Shown: positions 10,333-19,399 of the stretch, one piece after another
Numbering within the stretch: the first letter of the stretch is position 1
How the letters are laid out: every line of letters starts with the position of its first letter
Virus record (IMG/VR): IMGVR_UViG_2788499997_000004
DNA from: a virus
Taxonomy: Duplodnaviria; Heunggongvirae; Uroviricota; Caudoviricetes
Reading direction: 5' to 3' (one strand)
DNA length: 64,000 nt
Made by a program: the position numbers and the translations under genes
Notes under the pieces: model-generated
Told to the model about the DNA's origin: nothing
What the model saw: the letters and a program-made list of their open reading frames with translations, nothing else
Databases searched by the model: none

Positions 10333-10905
10333 GTGTTTCGTATTAGCCTAAAAAAAGTTTCACGTGAAACGAAATCCATCAAAAAACTCCCATCAATCCA
10401 ACTTTTTTTAGACGTCTCCTCTACAAACACAGGAGTTGCTATCTTGTTGGAAGATGGAAGGGTGATGATGGACTCAATCAACCTCAAAAGATTCCAAAGA
10501 CCACCCTGTATGTCTTTGACAGATTATGAAAAGGTCAAGATAGGAGTCATCAAGGAATATCTAGATAAGCTTGAAGAGAAATACAGGATTGATTTGGTGT
10601 GTGTTGAGGGTATATTCATTCGCCCTGGATATAATCAATCTTCTCAAATTCTTCTCAAACTCCACGGATTTTTGATGGGATATTTTCTGGATACACCATT
10701 CATATCAATACCACCATCAAACATTAAAAAAGCTATAGCAGACAAGGGTAATGCAAAAAAGGAAGAAGTGAGAGGAAGATTAGAAGAGGTATATCAATAT
10801 CATTTTCGAAGTGATGATGAAAGTGATGCAATGGCTCTGCTTGTCACTTACAAGGGCCATAGTCAATATCAAATAGAACAGAAGGAGGATACTTATGGAA
10901 TATGA
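10333..10905 (+). CDS. RuvC-like Holliday junction resolvase
   Basis: N-terminal LFLDVSSTNTGVAIL resembles the RuvC GIDPGxxxxGxAV motif, and C-terminal DESDAMALLVT resembles the RuvC DAADALAIA motif. The track start is GTG. Confidence 0.5.
   Translation: MFRISLKKVSRETKSIKKLPSIQLFLDVSSTNTGVAILLEDGRVMMDSINLKRFQRPPCMSLTDYEKVKIGVIKEYLDKLEEKYRIDLVCVEGIFIRPGYNQSSQILLKLHGFLMGYFLDTPFISIPPSNIKKAIADKGNAKKEEVRGRLEEVYQYHFRSDDESDAMALLVTYKGHSQYQIEQKEDTYGI
10357..10370. promoter_or_regulatory. parS-like site GTTTCACGTGAAAC, matching the central 14 bp of the Firmicute chromosomal parS tGTTNCACGTGAAACa
   Basis: Perfect 14-bp palindrome identical to the Spo0J/ParB parS core; located inside the 5' end of the RuvC-like gene. 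Confidence 0.45.
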
Positions 10906-11482
10906 TAAATTATATAAAGAAGTGCTAGGTAGACTGGATGCTTATAAGGACAATGAAAAGAAGATAAAAGACACAGATGTCAATAAAAAAGCTTTTAATA
11001 AGATGTTATATAAGTACGAGGTTAATAATCAGACAGAAGAATTATCTGATGAGTTCAAGGAAAGTATTCAGTTGTTAAAGGATTCTGGATTAAGCTTGAA
11101 TGATATCTTAACTGTACTTACTGTTTCAAGCAAAGAGATGAAACCATTTTTAACCGAGGCTAAAAATGAGTTAAAAACTCTGGCAGAAACGAATGAAGAA
11201 TTATATCAGGAAATTGGAAAGGTAATGCTTGAAGATGAGAAAATGAGTGAAAGAAGTATGCATTTTCCACATATTGGAACTGTCAAAGTTGTGAGAGAAA
11301 AGGAAGTTAACATCACAGATGAAGACAAACTGATTGTTGAATTAGCAAAGAATAAAGACTGGCGAAATAAATATTTAAAGATTTCAAAGACTGTCACAAA
11401 ATTACCAGAGGCAAAAGATGGATTAATTGATGGAATCTCAATTGAAGAGAAATTTAAAGTCACAGTGAAGGCAGATAAATAA
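10895..11482 (+). CDS. hypothetical coiled-coil protein
   Basis: 195 aa, K/E-rich; overlaps the upstream gene by 11 nt. Confidence 0.4.
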   Translation: MEYDKLYKEVLGRLDAYKDNEKKIKDTDVNKKAFNKMLYKYEVNNQTEELSDEFKESIQLLKDSGLSLNDILTVLTVSSKEMKPFLTEAKNELKTLAETNEELYQEIGKVMLEDEKMSERSMHFPHIGTVKVVREKEVNITDEDKLIVELAKNKDWRNKYLKISKTVTKLPEAKDGLIDGISIEEKFKVTVKADK

Positions 11483-11838
11483 TGGGATTAAAAGAACGAG
11501 TCCAAAAGCAAAGACAAAAGACTGAACAGACTCCATCAAAAACCCAACAAAACTCCCCAATAGGAAATGAACTTGCTGGATATGTGCAATCATATCTTGC
11601 CTGGTTAAAGGTTCAAAATCCTAACTTTGCCGAAACCCTAACAACAGAAGAATTAGCCAATTATTTTTATGGTAAGGTCAAATTACCAGAGGAAATAATG
11701 ATATACATGGAAAGCCATCCTCTCCAGACTCTTTCTAAAGTCTATGAATATATAGACCGTTACAAGGATAAGACTGATATGTTTGCAATCAATAAAAAAA
11801 TAGAGCCCAAAGATAAAGGAAACTACAAGGAGGTATAA
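11482..11838 (+). CDS. hypothetical protein
   Basis: 118 aa; starts MGLKER with the same ATGGGATTAAAAGA start context. Confidence 0.4.
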   Translation: MGLKERVQKQRQKTEQTPSKTQQNSPIGNELAGYVQSYLAWLKVQNPNFAETLTTEELANYFYGKVKLPEEIMIYMESHPLQTLSKVYEYIDRYKDKTDMFAINKKIEPKDKGNYKEV

Positions 11839-12825
11839 ATGTATAAAAAGAAAGATTTCAACTTCCTAGAGAAATATGAAAAGATATCCTTTAAGACAGG
11901 AATTATCCTTTGTACAGGTGAGTGGATTCACATCATCATCAACAGCTTTCAAGAATCTCACAAGATACAAACAGAATGTAGCCAGGATGTCTATTTCGAC
12001 CTCAGAGATTTCCTAGGTAAGTATAAAAAGATTCATGGAAGCAGACATGTGTTTACAATTGGGAATGATGGATTGCATATTCAAACAAAAAAGACAGGAG
12101 AAGAAGAAATCATTGGAGTAGAGAAGGGAATAAAAGTATCTCCTCTGGTTCCAAAAGAAAAAGGATGTCATCTCAATAATTGTAACTTTAAACAGTTTGA
12201 TATTCTTAGCTCCATTAACATGGATTTGAGTTATATCAGTTTTTTAAAGGATTCCTCGTTGGTAATAGAAGAAGATAATTCTTATATCTGGAAAACAAAT
12301 GGAATTACTGACATCTATATACAGTTACCTTCATTGTCTAAACCAATGGGATATATTCCTCATAGCTTGATGACTTTATTTGCCAATTGGCAAGGTGAAG
12401 AAGCGTATATCAGCATTGAAAAGAATGTACCAGGTATTGGTGTGGATAATCTTGTGTTATATGATGATGAAAACATCTTAGCTGTAGCAATGAATAGAAA
12501 TGAGGAGTACAACACCTATGAACTTCCATCATCTTCTCAACAATACGTCTTAACCAATGAAGAGCTGAAAAACCTTCAAAGCATCAAGTTTAAGAAGTTA
12601 TTAGCTCAGATAAAGAAGGAAAAGAATCTGAAAACAAGTTATGAAGTATATGTTGAGATTGTTGATGGGATTTGGTATATGAATGAAGAGAAATTCTTTG
12701 AAACAGAAGGGAAGATAACAACACGACGCTATGAAGGCTATAAACTTGCCACATTCATTAACAATGCTAAACACTTAACAGTTCATGATACTTATCTACA
12801 AGATGGAAATATTTATTTCATATAA
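11839..12825 (+). CDS. hypothetical protein
   Basis: 328 aa with no recognisable motif. Confidence 0.4.
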   Translation: MYKKKDFNFLEKYEKISFKTGIILCTGEWIHIIINSFQESHKIQTECSQDVYFDLRDFLGKYKKIHGSRHVFTIGNDGLHIQTKKTGEEEIIGVEKGIKVSPLVPKEKGCHLNNCNFKQFDILSSINMDLSYISFLKDSSLVIEEDNSYIWKTNGITDIYIQLPSLSKPMGYIPHSLMTLFANWQGEEAYISIEKNVPGIGVDNLVLYDDENILAVAMNRNEEYNTYELPSSSQQYVLTNEELKNLQSIKFKKLLAQIKKEKNLKTSYEVYVEIVDGIWYMNEEKFFETEGKITTRRYEGYKLATFINNAKHLTVHDTYLQDGNIYFI

Positions 12826-12829
12826 ACGA

Positions 12830-12860
12830 AAAAGTCCCCTTATTGGGGACCTCTTTTTTT
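12830..12860. terminator. bidirectional rho-independent terminator between convergent genes
   Basis: GTCCCCttattGGGGAC with a T-run on one side and an A-run on the other. Confidence 0.55.
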
Positions 12861-13331
12861 TTATTTACTGAAAGTTTTGACTGTTCCTTGTAATACCTCT
12901 AGCATCTTTCCAGAATCTGTATCTTTGGCGGCCGAAATAGAGGTTAGTTTGCTATTGCTAACTAATTCATTTCTTTCTTCAAGATATACTTCTGAATATG
13001 CCTGCATTGTTGCCACATAATCCATATACTTATCAGAAAAGGCATCTAATATTTCTAAATCTAGGTTAACTCGATTTGATGCAATCTGATAAACATCATC
13101 CAAATACTTAACAGTCACAACCTGTTTTTGAGTATTCGTATCTGCTTTTTTCATATTTGTTTCATAAATATCTTCTGCTTTTTGAATCAATTCATAATCG
13201 CTTTGAACATTACTTAATTCGACTTCACTATAATCCATTGTTTTGCTGGAATCTATACTTTGCTTACATCCTAGAAGAGAAAAACAGAGAAGTAAGCAAA
13301 TCACAGCCTTGAATAATCTTGATATTTTCAT
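12861..13331 (-). CDS. lipoprotein
   Basis: Signal peptide with the lipobox LLGC at residues about 19-22. Confidence 0.5.
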   Translation of the reverse strand: MKISRLFKAVICLLLCFSLLGCKQSIDSSKTMDYSEVELSNVQSDYELIQKAEDIYETNMKKADTNTQKQVVTVKYLDDVYQIASNRVNLDLEILDAFSDKYMDYVATMQAYSEVYLEERNELVSNSKLTSISAAKDTDSGKMLEVLQGTVKTFSK

Positions 13332-13333
13332 AA

Positions 13334-14326
13334 CTATTTCACTGACTTAATAATATTCTTGACTTTATTCTGATAGCTTTTAGATGTGCTAGCTGAATTA
13401 CCAGCGGAACTAATAGCTTTCTGTGCTGAAATTATCTGTTTTCTTAATGTATTATAGTTCTTTTGAATTGTTGTATTTTGTTTCGCTGCAGCAGAGCCAA
13501 AGGCAGAATTATTTTGTTTGCTATTAGCAATATTATTGTTATTTTGTGCTGTTGATGAATTTTTATCATTCTTCATCTCATTATTCTTTTTATCTATTGC
13601 TTGTTGATTCGCTTGTTGCTTTGAAGCTGTATCGGATGCATTGTTTTGTGCATTTTCCTCACTTTTGGATAGACTCCCTCCAAATTCTTTTGATTGACTT
13701 TCCTTATCTGTTAATGATTGTTGTTTCTGTTGGTCTTTGATGGCATTATAATCATCTTTACTGGCTAAGCTTTCATCACCAAAAGCCTCAGCAAATGTCT
13801 CATTACCATCCTCGATTTTCAGTATGCTGTCTTCTTCCTCTTTTTGACTAGCTTCCTGTTGTTCTAGTTCTTTAGCTTTTTCTTCATCACTGACTCCTCC
13901 AACTGCATCAGCAAGACTATTCATAGTACTCGTATTTGCGTTAACTGTATAATAGCCTTGAGCTATCTGATTGATTTCATTTTGTAAAGCCTGATTTTCT
14001 TTATCTGCCTGAATACTTTTCAAATACGCTTGAAATCCTTTGCCTGCATTTGTTTCTTCATCTAAAGACCCGTATTGTGCCTGAAGATTTTGAAAATTCT
14101 GTTTAGCTTCTCCAAATAGAGAATAAGCTTCTTCTTGTATATCAAAAGGTTGTTCCTTTCTTGCCTCATTGCTATTATCTTCTGACTTGAATCTTTCCTC
14201 GGCAGATTGTGTTGCATTTGTCTGCGAACTTTCTAGGTGGTTTGTAGCAAAGACAGGGGTAGGGGCTATCATGAATAGAGATAAAGCACCTGCAAAAAAC
14301 TTTTTATTCACCTGTATCACCTCCAC
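13334..14326 (-). CDS. secreted Q/N/S-rich low-complexity protein
   Basis: N-terminal signal peptide; long acidic and Q/N-rich coiled-coil-like sequence. Confidence 0.45.
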   Translation of the reverse strand: MEVIQVNKKFFAGALSLFMIAPTPVFATNHLESSQTNATQSAEERFKSEDNSNEARKEQPFDIQEEAYSLFGEAKQNFQNLQAQYGSLDEETNAGKGFQAYLKSIQADKENQALQNEINQIAQGYYTVNANTSTMNSLADAVGGVSDEEKAKELEQQEASQKEEEDSILKIEDGNETFAEAFGDESLASKDDYNAIKDQQKQQSLTDKESQSKEFGGSLSKSEENAQNNASDTASKQQANQQAIDKKNNEMKNDKNSSTAQNNNNIANSKQNNSAFGSAAAKQNTTIQKNYNTLRKQIISAQKAISSAGNSASTSKSYQNKVKNIIKSVK

Positions 14327-14467
14327 ACTTTATTTTATCATACATAGGCTTCAATTCGATTTTCCTCAGATTGATGAATAGTTGATACAATAGTGTAAGG
14401 ATAAAAACTTGAGAAAGTCATGGAAATGAGTTTTTGTCACTACACCAATAACAAAAGAGGTGATGAA

Positions 14468-15220
14468 ATGAAACAGATTTATTTTTATGGAAATACAGCA
14501 CAATGCCAATGTGATAAACAGGAAGATGCTATCTTTATGAGTGAATTAGAAGATTATTACATACTGATGATTGCTGATGGTAATGGAGGACAGGCAGGGG
14601 ACATCAATACTGGTCAGCTTGCCATAAACATCATGTTCAACTATCTACAAAAAATCATTACACCTTATTCCTCTTTACAGGATATTAGAGATTCGATGGA
14701 TTTTGGCATGTTTATAGTATCGCAGTCATTTCTGTCAATTAATGCTATCTCTGAAAAATATAGAAACATCTATGCATCATTGGCAGTTGTTATCATTTCT
14801 AAGACAACACAAAAAATGATGTTTGCCAGTACAGGGAATACTGAATTGCAATTGATACGCAATGGTAAACTTCAAAGAATCAACAGAATCTATTCAGATG
14901 CCTATGAAGCTCTGCAAAGAGGAGAGATAGAAGAAAGGGATTTCTATATTCATCCTGGCAGAAGTATGTTAACAAGTGCAATAGGAGTCTTTCCAGATGT
15001 CTCAGCTGATATCATGCTGTTTGGAGAATTACAGGAAAAAGATATCTTTATTTTAAGTACAGACGGTGTCTATCGTTATCTAAATCCTGATGAAGTCATT
15101 TCTATCCTTGGAGAAGCATCCAATATTCAGGAAGGAGTGAATCAAATCTTAACAGAAATAAATGATAAAGGTGGCGAAGACAATGCCTCTTTAATAGTGG
15201 GACATCTGTTCAATCAGTAA
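14468..15220 (+). CDS. PP2C-family Ser/Thr protein phosphatase
   Basis: MIADGNGGQAGD (DGxGG), FASTGNTE (a GDSR-like region), LSTDGVY and GGEDNASL (DN motif). ATG at 14468 after gaggtga; the track ORF starts at 14420. Confidence 0.55.
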   Translation: MKQIYFYGNTAQCQCDKQEDAIFMSELEDYYILMIADGNGGQAGDINTGQLAINIMFNYLQKIITPYSSLQDIRDSMDFGMFIVSQSFLSINAISEKYRNIYASLAVVIISKTTQKMMFASTGNTELQLIRNGKLQRINRIYSDAYEALQRGEIEERDFYIHPGRSMLTSAIGVFPDVSADIMLFGELQEKDIFILSTDGVYRYLNPDEVISILGEASNIQEGVNQILTEINDKGGEDNASLIVGHLFNQ

Positions 15221-15341
15221 AAATACGATTTTACACAACTTGAAAATGAAATGATATAATGATTGAGATGTCAGATTTGTTTTAGGCAAATACAGATACA
15301 TCAAAATTATTTATGTAGCAAAGGCTACGGAGGATTTACAA

Positions 15342-15629
15342 ATGAATAAAATTATGAAGATTGGAAGTGGTATTGAAAGAGTAGACGGAGAAGCAAGAGA
15401 AGTGACAGCTTATGTAAGTAAATGTAGCACTTCATTAACAAGATTGTTAGAAGGAAACGACCCGGTAACAATCAAAGCTATGGGAAATAGAGCCATTGCT
15501 AACACAATGAAAGTTATTGCTAGAGTTCACAAAACTGTCCCTTTAAAATTAGATGCTCCAGTGTTCTTAGATGAACAGGTTGGCGAATCTGAATTAGCAG
15601 TATTCAACATCACAGTAGAAAAAGCATAG
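15342..15629 (+). CDS. SpoVS-like protein
   Basis: 95 aa; IKAMGNRAIANTMKVIARV resembles the SpoVS IQAIGAGALNQAVKAVAIAR segment. Confidence 0.5.
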   Translation: MNKIMKIGSGIERVDGEAREVTAYVSKCSTSLTRLLEGNDPVTIKAMGNRAIANTMKVIARVHKTVPLKLDAPVFLDEQVGESELAVFNITVEKA

Positions 15630-15633
15630 TTCA

Positions 15634-16011
15634 ATGGATAATGGACAGTTAGAAGACTGGGGACAAATCATTCTTATTTGCCCTTGTCATATAAAAGAAG
15701 CGAAGGAATGTGAAGATATTAGAAAAATGAAAGATATGACCATGAAGATGGTCAATGGATATAGAAATGTCAATTTTCAATGTCCTTACTGCACAAACAG
15801 CTTTGATTATGAAGTGAAAATTAAACTCTTTGAACTTCTTAACAAATACTTTCAAAACAACCAGACATATGTGGGATTTAACAAGTATGTAAGTAGGAAA
15901 GGGGAAAGGATTCGTTTAAGATATATCAAAGAAATGAAAACTAACACAGGAAAAGCAATCATTATCGAAGCGGCTAATCTCACACAACATCCTAGCTTTA
16001 AAAATTCTTAG
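15634..16011 (+). CDS. zinc-ribbon (CPCH...CPYC) protein
   Basis: 125 aa with two CxxC-type pairs. Confidence 0.4.
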   Translation: MDNGQLEDWGQIILICPCHIKEAKECEDIRKMKDMTMKMVNGYRNVNFQCPYCTNSFDYEVKIKLFELLNKYFQNNQTYVGFNKYVSRKGERIRLRYIKEMKTNTGKAIIIEAANLTQHPSFKNS

Positions 16012-16034
16012 GACTCTAATGAGTCCTTTTTTTG
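16010..16034 (+). terminator. rho-independent terminator
   Basis: AGGACTCtaatGAGTCCT followed by TTTTTTTG. Confidence 0.55.
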
Positions 16035-16126
16035 TTGAAAAATGAAAAGAAGTCGTTTATAATAGTTATTGGGTAAATAAAAAACAAAACACAGCAAAAT
16101 TTTCAATGAAAACAAGCTAAAACATC

Positions 16127-16155
16127 TTGATTTTTACATATCAAAGATGTATTAT
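16127..16155 (+). promoter_or_regulatory. sigma-70-like promoter TTGATT-N17-TATTAT upstream of the repA_N gene
   Basis: -35 at 16127-16132 and -10 at 16150-16155; overlaps a near-palindrome CATCTTGAT...ATCAAAGATG. Confidence 0.4.
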
Positions 16156-16202
16156 AGTTATGCATTGATAATGCTTTTGCGTACAAATTAAAAATTATGA
16201 AA

Positions 16203-16296
16203 AGTGCATGTATGAAGGCATGACCATTATTCAATGGTGATGCTGTGTATCGCCTTATTTACCCAACAAATAGGTCGTGACTTCGTACATGCATTT
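16203..16296. repeat. long imperfect inverted repeat (TGCATGTATGAAGGCATGAC / GTCGTGACTTCGTACATGCA) in the repA leader
   Basis: 17 of 20 positions are complementary between 16203-16222 and 16277-16296, enclosing about 55 bp. Confidence 0.45.
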
Positions 16297-16330
16297 TTAT
16301 TTTAAAAAAAAGAAAGGAGGATAAATATTT

Positions 16331-17953
16331 ATGGACAAATATTATAAATATGAAGACAAAATAGTCAATTCCTTTCTTTTTGTACCAAAGTTCTTGTTTT
16401 CTGACGAACGCTTTATGAAGTTAAGTGTCACAGAGAAACTGATTTATTCCTTATATCTACACAGATATACAATAAGCCAATATCATGACGAGATAGGACG
16501 ATATATCATTTTTACTGATGATGATGTTGTTGACAAACTTTACATCACTTCAAGGACTTGTATCAGAGCTAGAAAAAAACTCGAAGAAGCAAATCTCATC
16601 AAAATCCAAAAAACTCTAACATATAACAAAATCTATCTTGTGAATGTACTGAAAGCTTCTGAAAGTGAACATTTCTTTAACGAAAATGATTTAGAGGGAT
16701 TAAAATTTTATCAGTTCCCAAGAGAATTCTTTGAAGATACTTATAAAAACTTAACACTGAATGCCAAGATGGTCTATACAGTTTTTCTAGATACTTTAAC
16801 TCTTAGTCAAATGAATTACTTTGTAGATTCTAACAAAAGGATTTATTTTCAGGAGAACATGGACATACAGATAAAAAAACTAAATCTAACAAAGCCGACA
16901 ATACGTGAGGCAAGATACCTCTTGATGGTATGTGGATTGTTGTTAGAGTATAAAACTTTCACTGAAGATATCAGATATTATCCATTAAAGCTGTCTCATT
17001 ATACAGATAGAACTGCTGAATATAAGAAATGTAAGACAGCGAAAGAGAAAAAAGCATTTATAGAGAAGACAACAAAACAAGACAAAGATGAGTTAATACT
17101 GAATCCATTAAAAATAGGTGTAAAACTTCACGACTATAGAAAAGACGCAGGACTTACACAGACAAGACTAATCTCTTTATTAAGAGAAAGAAATGTAGAT
17201 ATTACTCAGCAGACTTATTCTGCGTATGAAAATGGAAAGTTACATATCAAAAAAGAACTATATGATATCTGTTTAGAGTGCATACAAGACGAAAAGAAAA
17301 AAATGTCTGAGTATACAATACCAAAAGAAAATATTGTCATAAATGACAACCCTAAAGAAAAAAATTGTCATGACATACAAGATAAAAACAAAGAAATGTC
17401 AGTAGAGGAAGAAAAATTAGTCACGAATGAAAAGAAAGAATTGACATCTCCTGAAAGAAAAGAAAGTCATATAAATTATACTTATACAAACAAAACAGAA
17501 AATAATTATAATGAAAAATTAATAGAATTAATTAATTATATTAATAACATTATAAATACTTCACATATTCTTTTAGAAGAAAAAGATTACTTAACTGCAT
17601 GCTTTGATAAACTTCGTATATATAAACGATTCTATCTCAATACTTCACAAGAACTATTCACAACAGAAAGGTTATATGAAATCTTACAGAAGATGAATGA
17701 AAAAAATAAAGTTGAAGAAGTGTGTTTGAAGATTTTAGATAGAATTGAAACTAGCCATTATCAATTTAAAACCCCTGATTCAGCCATCAATTGTTTTATT
17801 ACTTTCTTGCTTAATGAACTAAAAGTAGAGGAAAAACAAGCTGATGATGTCCCAGAATGGTTTTCTAAAAAGAAATTTCAGTTTAATAGATTACCTGAAC
17901 GAAAAATAGAAGTGTCAGATGAAATAAAAGACTATAAATGGTGGGAGGAATAA
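16331..17953 (+). CDS. RepA_N-family plasmid/phage replication initiator with C-terminal XRE-like HTH
   Basis: N-terminal FLFVPKFLFSDERFMKLSVTEKLIYSLYLHRY and a second FYQFPREFFEDTYKNLTLNAKMVYTVFLD (RepA_N signature), plus LHDYRKDAGLTQTRLISLL as an HTH. Confidence 0.6.
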   Translation: MDKYYKYEDKIVNSFLFVPKFLFSDERFMKLSVTEKLIYSLYLHRYTISQYHDEIGRYIIFTDDDVVDKLYITSRTCIRARKKLEEANLIKIQKTLTYNKIYLVNVLKASESEHFFNENDLEGLKFYQFPREFFEDTYKNLTLNAKMVYTVFLDTLTLSQMNYFVDSNKRIYFQENMDIQIKKLNLTKPTIREARYLLMVCGLLLEYKTFTEDIRYYPLKLSHYTDRTAEYKKCKTAKEKKAFIEKTTKQDKDELILNPLKIGVKLHDYRKDAGLTQTRLISLLRERNVDITQQTYSAYENGKLHIKKELYDICLECIQDEKKKMSEYTIPKENIVINDNPKEKNCHDIQDKNKEMSVEEEKLVTNEKKELTSPERKESHINYTYTNKTENNYNEKLIELINYINNIINTSHILLEEKDYLTACFDKLRIYKRFYLNTSQELFTTERLYEILQKMNEKNKVEEVCLKILDRIETSHYQFKTPDSAINCFITFLLNELKVEEKQADDVPEWFSKKKFQFNRLPERKIEVSDEIKDYKWWEE

Positions 17954-18110
17954 ACCCACCTTTTCTTATATTCCTAAATTTAGGATTTTACTAAATGCAC
18001 TTAGTTTATGTTATAATACATTTGTATAGATAAACGATTTCCGGAGATTACATTGAAGTAATCTCTTTTTTCTTTTTGGAGGGAAAAGGAAAACGTGGAA
18101 AGGAGAAAAG

Positions 18111-18314
18111 ATGAAAACATTAAAAAAAATCAAATGGAATCATGTTGCTTTGACTTTCATGACTCCAATGTTCATTGGAGTAAACTTCTATTGTATCTGG
18201 AAATTAATGTTAGCTTTTTTAACAGCTAACGTAAACACTGGATATAGTGCTTCTTGTTTTCTATTGATTGAAGCAATTATTCTATTTCTTATTATTACAA
18301 TTAGATTTAAATAA
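18111..18314 (+). CDS. small membrane protein
   Basis: 67 aa with two hydrophobic segments; RBS ggag. Confidence 0.3.
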   Translation: MKTLKKIKWNHVALTFMTPMFIGVNFYCIWKLMLAFLTANVNTGYSASCFLLIEAIILFLIITIRFK

Positions 18315-18341
18315 TGACCTATCTTGAAAGGAGGGATTGAG

Positions 18342-18698
18342 ATGATGGTCATAAAGAAAAACCGTGTTTTTGTGGATTTGAGTAGCATATCATACTCAAT
18401 CCACTCACAGGAAAAAGGTAGAGAGAAAAGAATGTCTTATGTTGGAGACATTGCTTCCATGCATGTTCTCAAATCATTTAGTGTTGACAGAGGTCATTTT
18501 GACGGACCAGAAATTCATCTCATTACAACAGATGGATATATCATCATTGTCAATGCATGGACATTTAAGTTATGTACGGTCTTGATAGCAAGACCAGGAC
18601 AGATTGATAGATATTATAAAGCTATCAATCAAAAAGCACCAGTCTGGTTGCTTGATAAGGCTTTTTACAATCAAAAAAGAAAATTAAACAAACTCTAG
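18342..18698 (+). CDS. hypothetical protein
   Basis: ATG follows aaggaggg; 118 aa. Confidence 0.35.
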   Translation: MMVIKKNRVFVDLSSISYSIHSQEKGREKRMSYVGDIASMHVLKSFSVDRGHFDGPEIHLITTDGYIIIVNAWTFKLCTVLIARPGQIDRYYKAINQKAPVWLLDKAFYNQKRKLNKL

Positions 18699-18733
18699 TC
18701 TGGCCAACTGGAGCAAGAAAGGAAGAAAGAATT

Positions 18734-18958
18734 ATGAGTTATATTGGTGAATCAAAATTAATGAGAGCAATTAGAAAAAAATTAGAAAGATATGGATATG
18801 GTGATATGGAAACGGCTTGTGCTGCTGAGCATATCATCGATGACAGATATGCGATTGAAGCTATCATTGCTGATGTCTTGGATGAAGATATGACCATCAA
18901 TGAAGCTGTAAAGAAAGCAGTGAATGCGGAAGTTGAAAGAATGGAGTGTATGGAATAG
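18734..18958 (+). CDS. hypothetical small acidic protein
   Basis: 74 aa. Confidence 0.35.
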   Translation: MSYIGESKLMRAIRKKLERYGYGDMETACAAEHIIDDRYAIEAIIADVLDEDMTINEAVKKAVNAEVERMECME

Positions 18959-18985
18959 AGTGATAAGAATCACTCTATTTTATCT
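18956..18985 (+). terminator. terminator hairpin
   Basis: AGAGTGATaagaATCACTCT followed by ATTTTAT. Confidence 0.45.
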
Positions 18986-19010
18986 TAAAACAAATATTAT
19001 GATATAATTA

Positions 19011-19039
19011 TTGACACAATATCATTTATATGATATAAT
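19011..19039 (+). promoter_or_regulatory. consensus sigma-70 promoter TTGACA-N17-TATAAT heading the tRNA array
   Basis: Exact -35 and -10 hexamers with a 17-bp spacer. Confidence 0.55.
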
Positions 19040-19149
19040 GTGTGTACAGTGATGAAAGGAGAGAACATATTAAGACGATTTGTGATAGACTTTTCAATAT
19101 TTCTTAATTTGTTGCTTCTTGGTCACAAGAAGTTTTTATTTTGAAAAAC

Positions 19150-19232
19150 GTCCTCGTGATGGAACAGGTAGACATGCATGGCTTAGACCCATGTGCTTAT
19201 GCGTAAGGGTTCGAATCCCTTCGAGGACACCA
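19150..19232 (+). tRNA. tRNA-Leu (UAG), long variable arm
   Basis: Acceptor GTCCTCG/CGAGGAC, anticodon loop CTTAGAC, T-arm GGGTTCGAATCCC; CCA encoded. Confidence 0.6.
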
Positions 19233-19276
19233 ATATCACTCCAATGCTTGTAAAGAGTGAATATATGAAATTATAT

Positions 19277-19349
19277 GAACATCTAGCATAATGGAAATGC
19301 GTAGGGTTCAGCGCCCTTCATGATACTGGTTCAAGTCCAGTGGTGTTCA
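19277..19349 (+). tRNA. atypical tRNA-like gene (anticodon CAG if read canonically), no encoded CCA
   Basis: Cloverleaf with D arm GCATaatggaaATGC and T arm ACTGGttcaagtCCAGT. Anticodon loop TTCAGCG has a pyrimidine at position 37 and a 27-43 mismatch. Paralogous to 19725-19797. Confidence 0.35.
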
Positions 19350-19399
19350 AATGCCATATTAGAAATAAAGCTAAAACAGGGATAATCATATCCCTACAT

